Below the pieces are notes generated by a model that made no database searches, was not told the DNA's origin, and saw only the letters and a program-made list of their open reading frames with translations. A program made the position numbers and the translations under genes. Shown one piece after another: positions 62,189-64,000 of a DNA stretch of 64,000 bases. Within the stretch, counting starts at the first letter, position 1. Each line of letters starts with the position of its first letter. This DNA is from Candidatus Uhrbacteria bacterium (GTDB taxonomy: Bacteria; Patescibacteriota; Patescibacteriia; GWA2-47-26): the NCBI GenBank assembly GCA_016187515.1, contig JACPJN010000006.1:257556-321555 (forward strand), written 5' to 3'.

Positions 62189-64000
62189 ATGCAAAAATAT
62201 GATCACAAGAAAATAGAAAAAAAGTGGCAGAAACGCTGGGAAAAGGAAAGCGTGTTTGCGGCCAAGGATTTTATCAAGCAGCCAACATTTTACGCGCTGG
62301 TGGAGTTTCCCTATCCTTCCGGAGAGGGCTTGCATGTTGGCCATCCGCGTTCTTATACGGCGATGGATATTGTCGCGCGTAAGCGGAGAATGGAAGGATA
62401 TAATGTTTTGTATCCGATTGGATTTGATTCGTTTGGATTGCCCACGGAAAATTACGCGATAAAAACCGGACGGCCGCCGGCGGAAATAACGCGCGAGAAC
62501 ATCGCCAATTTTACACGGCAGTTAAAAATGCTCGGTTTTAGTTTTGACTGGGCCCGGACTGTAACGACCAGCGACCCGGCGTATTATAAATGGACGCAAT
62601 GGATTTTTTTGCAATTGTTTAAACACGGACTAGCGTACAAAAAAAAGATGGCAATTAATTGGTGTTTGTCTTGCAAAATCGGTTTGGCTAATGAAGAAGT
62701 AGTGGACGGCGCCTGCGAGCGCTGTGGCGCGTCGGTTGAAAAGCGCGAAAAAGAGCAATGGATGCTCGCGATTACCAAATACGCTGACAAATTACTCGAA
62801 GGTCTTAAAGAAGTGGACTATATTGAGCGCGCGAAGGTACAGCAGGAAAATTGGATTGGACGGAGCGAAGGAGCCATTTTGAAATTCCAAATTACAAATC
62901 CCAAATCACAAACAAATTCCAAATCTCAAATTCCAAATTCCAAACTTGAGATTGAAGTGTTTACCACACGCCCTGATACGCTTTATGGGGCGACATATTT
63001 GGTGCTGGCGCCGGAGCATCCGGTGATTGGAAATTTGAAATTAGAAACTAGAAATTTGAAAGAAGTGGCGAAATATATAGAGATAGTGAAAAAGAAAACG
63101 GAAGCGGAGCGGATGAGTGTGGAGCGCGAGAAAACTGGGGTGGAACTCAAAGGAATAAAAGCAATAAACCCGGCAACCAAAGAAGCAATTCCGATTTGGG
63201 TGGCGGATTATGTGCTTGCCGGATATGGCACTGGCGCGATCATGGCCGTCCCGGCGCATGACGAGCGGGATTTTGAGTTTGCGAAAAAGTATAATCTTCC
63301 CGTGAGACATGTAGTAATGCCGAGTCTTGTTGATGGAACAAACCCGCCGAAGGACGGAAAGGAAGATACCTTTCGCAATATGATTCTCGCGATTCTGTAT
63401 GACCCGAAGGCGAATAAATATCTTACCTTGAAATGGAAGACACAGCCGTGGAGAACATTTGTCACAGGCGGCATTGAAGAAGGAGAAGATTCGGCGGCAT
63501 CGGCGCGCCGAGAGATTGCCGAAGAAACCGGATACACCAACGTGCGTTTAGTTAGAAGCTTAGGTATGACCGAGGCATTTTTCTTTGCGGCCCATAAAAA
63601 CGTGAATCGCAAAGTTCATGGGAACCACTTTTTGTTCGAGCTGATAGATGACACGCGAGTATCTATCAGCGACAAAGAAAAAGACCAGTACGATATCCAG
63701 TGGCTCTCTCCTGAAGAGCTGCGCGCGACGCATATGCAGCATGCCGAATTTGATATTCTTTGGGACCGTATTCAAACTGGCAGCGATGTATATACAGGTC
63801 CAGGCATTCTCGTAAACTCTGGGCAGTTCAATGGACTAGAACATGAAACCGCCAAATGGAAAATCACCGAAGCAGTGGGTGGTCAGCGAAAAGTTACCTA
63901 CAAACTCCGCGATTGGGTGTTTTCCAGGCAAAGATATTGGGGCGAACCCATCCCGCTGGTGTTCTGCGAACACTGCGCGGGAATAACCAATAACCAAGAA
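62189..64000 (+). CDS. leuS: leucyl-tRNA synthetase (partial, continues past the window) carrying an embedded Nudix hydrolase domain and an in-frame repeat insertion
   Basis: Class I HIGH motif (PYPSGEGLHVGH), FDSFGLP, a zinc knuckle, EVFTTRPDTLYGATYLVLAPEHP, MAVPAHDERDFEFAKKYNLP, then about 150 aa with a perfect Nudix box GGIEEGEDSAASARREIAEETGY, then GILVNSGQFNGLEHE…RDWVFSRQRYWGEPIP. Confidence 0.9.
   Translation, partial: MQKYDHKKIEKKWQKRWEKESVFAAKDFIKQPTFYALVEFPYPSGEGLHVGHPRSYTAMDIVARKRRMEGYNVLYPIGFDSFGLPTENYAIKTGRPPAEITRENIANFTRQLKMLGFSFDWARTVTTSDPAYYKWTQWIFLQLFKHGLAYKKKMAINWCLSCKIGLANEEVVDGACERCGASVEKREKEQWMLAITKYADKLLEGLKEVDYIERAKVQQENWIGRSEGAILKFQITNPKSQTNSKSQIPNSKLEIEVFTTRPDTLYGATYLVLAPEHPVIGNLKLETRNLKEVAKYIEIVKKKTEAERMSVEREKTGVELKGIKAINPATKEAIPIWVADYVLAGYGTGAIMAVPAHDERDFEFAKKYNLPVRHVVMPSLVDGTNPPKDGKEDTFRNMILAILYDPKANKYLTLKWKTQPWRTFVTGGIEEGEDSAASARREIAEETGYTNVRLVRSLGMTEAFFFAAHKNVNRKVHGNHFLFELIDDTRVSISDKEKDQYDIQWLSPEELRATHMQHAEFDILWDRIQTGSDVYTGPGILVNSGQFNGLEHETAKWKITEAVGGQRKVTYKLRDWVFSRQRYWGEPIPLVFCEHCAGITNNQE
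62879..63060. repeat. split hairpin repeat (CAAATTCCAAAT family) in-frame in leuS, with the two arms flanking a conserved catalytic-core segment
   Basis: The left arm gaaattccaaattacaaatcccaaatcacaaacaaattccaaatctcaaattccaaattccaaac is at 62879-62943. The right arm ggaaatttgaaattagaaactagaaatttgaaag is at 63026-63060. The LeuS segment EIEVFTTRPDTLYGATYLVLAPEHPVIG lies between them. Confidence 0.6.

Overview
This 64 kb window looks like a small, compact bacterial genome of Candidate Phyla Radiation (CPR/Patescibacteria) type. Supporting signs are a 23S rRNA gene loaded with insertions and not linked to a 16S, a DUF5667/Kazal secreted protein, rpoB-rpoC with no rplJL upstream, and a gene-dense layout. 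The minus strand from 1 to about 3556 is the 5' roughly two-thirds of a 23S rRNA gene. It carries about 1.2 kb of extra sequence, including an ORF-less group I intron at the E. coli 1931 site and several long stem-loop insertions. The rest of the window holds about 55 CDS, six tRNAs, one IS30-family insertion sequence, and an AbiEi/AbiEii toxin-antitoxin cassette. The CDS include a purine nucleoside phosphorylase, phosphohexomutase, HAD hydrolase, MFS transporter, tsaD, folC, an MBL hydrolase, a BNR-repeat protein, Hsp20, VanW, a Wzx-like flippase, an O-antigen-ligase-like protein, an HD hydrolase, cupin, TauE, a C39-like peptidase, ruvB, trxA, trxB, gdh, a TPM/YgcG-like protein, a PspA-family protein, a purple-acid-phosphatase/glycosidase fusion, a Kazal/DUF5667 protein, a LysM protein, MgtC, a class IV aminotransferase, a GalT-like protein, ruvC, yebC, rpoC, rpoB and leuS. 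The tRNAs are Glu, Ser, Ile, Pro and Gly plus a partial Ser copy. Base composition is mosaic: GC-rich blocks at about 5.3-12.1 kb, 34.6-40.4 kb and 47.8-48.8 kb sit beside AT-rich mobile blocks. Four observations stand out. (1) Several families of short, hairpin-forming tandem-oligomer repeats (7-8 nt units and G/C-rich palindromes) are inserted in-frame into many housekeeping CDS (tsaD, gdh, trxB, yebC, leuS, the O-antigen ligase, the phosphatase), and the same families occur as stem-loop insertions in the 23S rRNA gene and in intergenic DNA; this is reminiscent of Rickettsia palindromic elements and rRNA intervening sequences. (2) LeuS carries a complete Nudix hydrolase domain embedded between the catalytic-core motifs. 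(3) Two accessory insertions, the AbiE cassette and a BNR-protein/IS30 block, are each flanked by a diverged direct duplication of the end of the neighbouring gene. (4) A GC-rich island encodes a TPM/YgcG-like protein with a roughly 470-aa coiled coil next to a PspA/IM30 homolog and uncharacterised secreted proteins.
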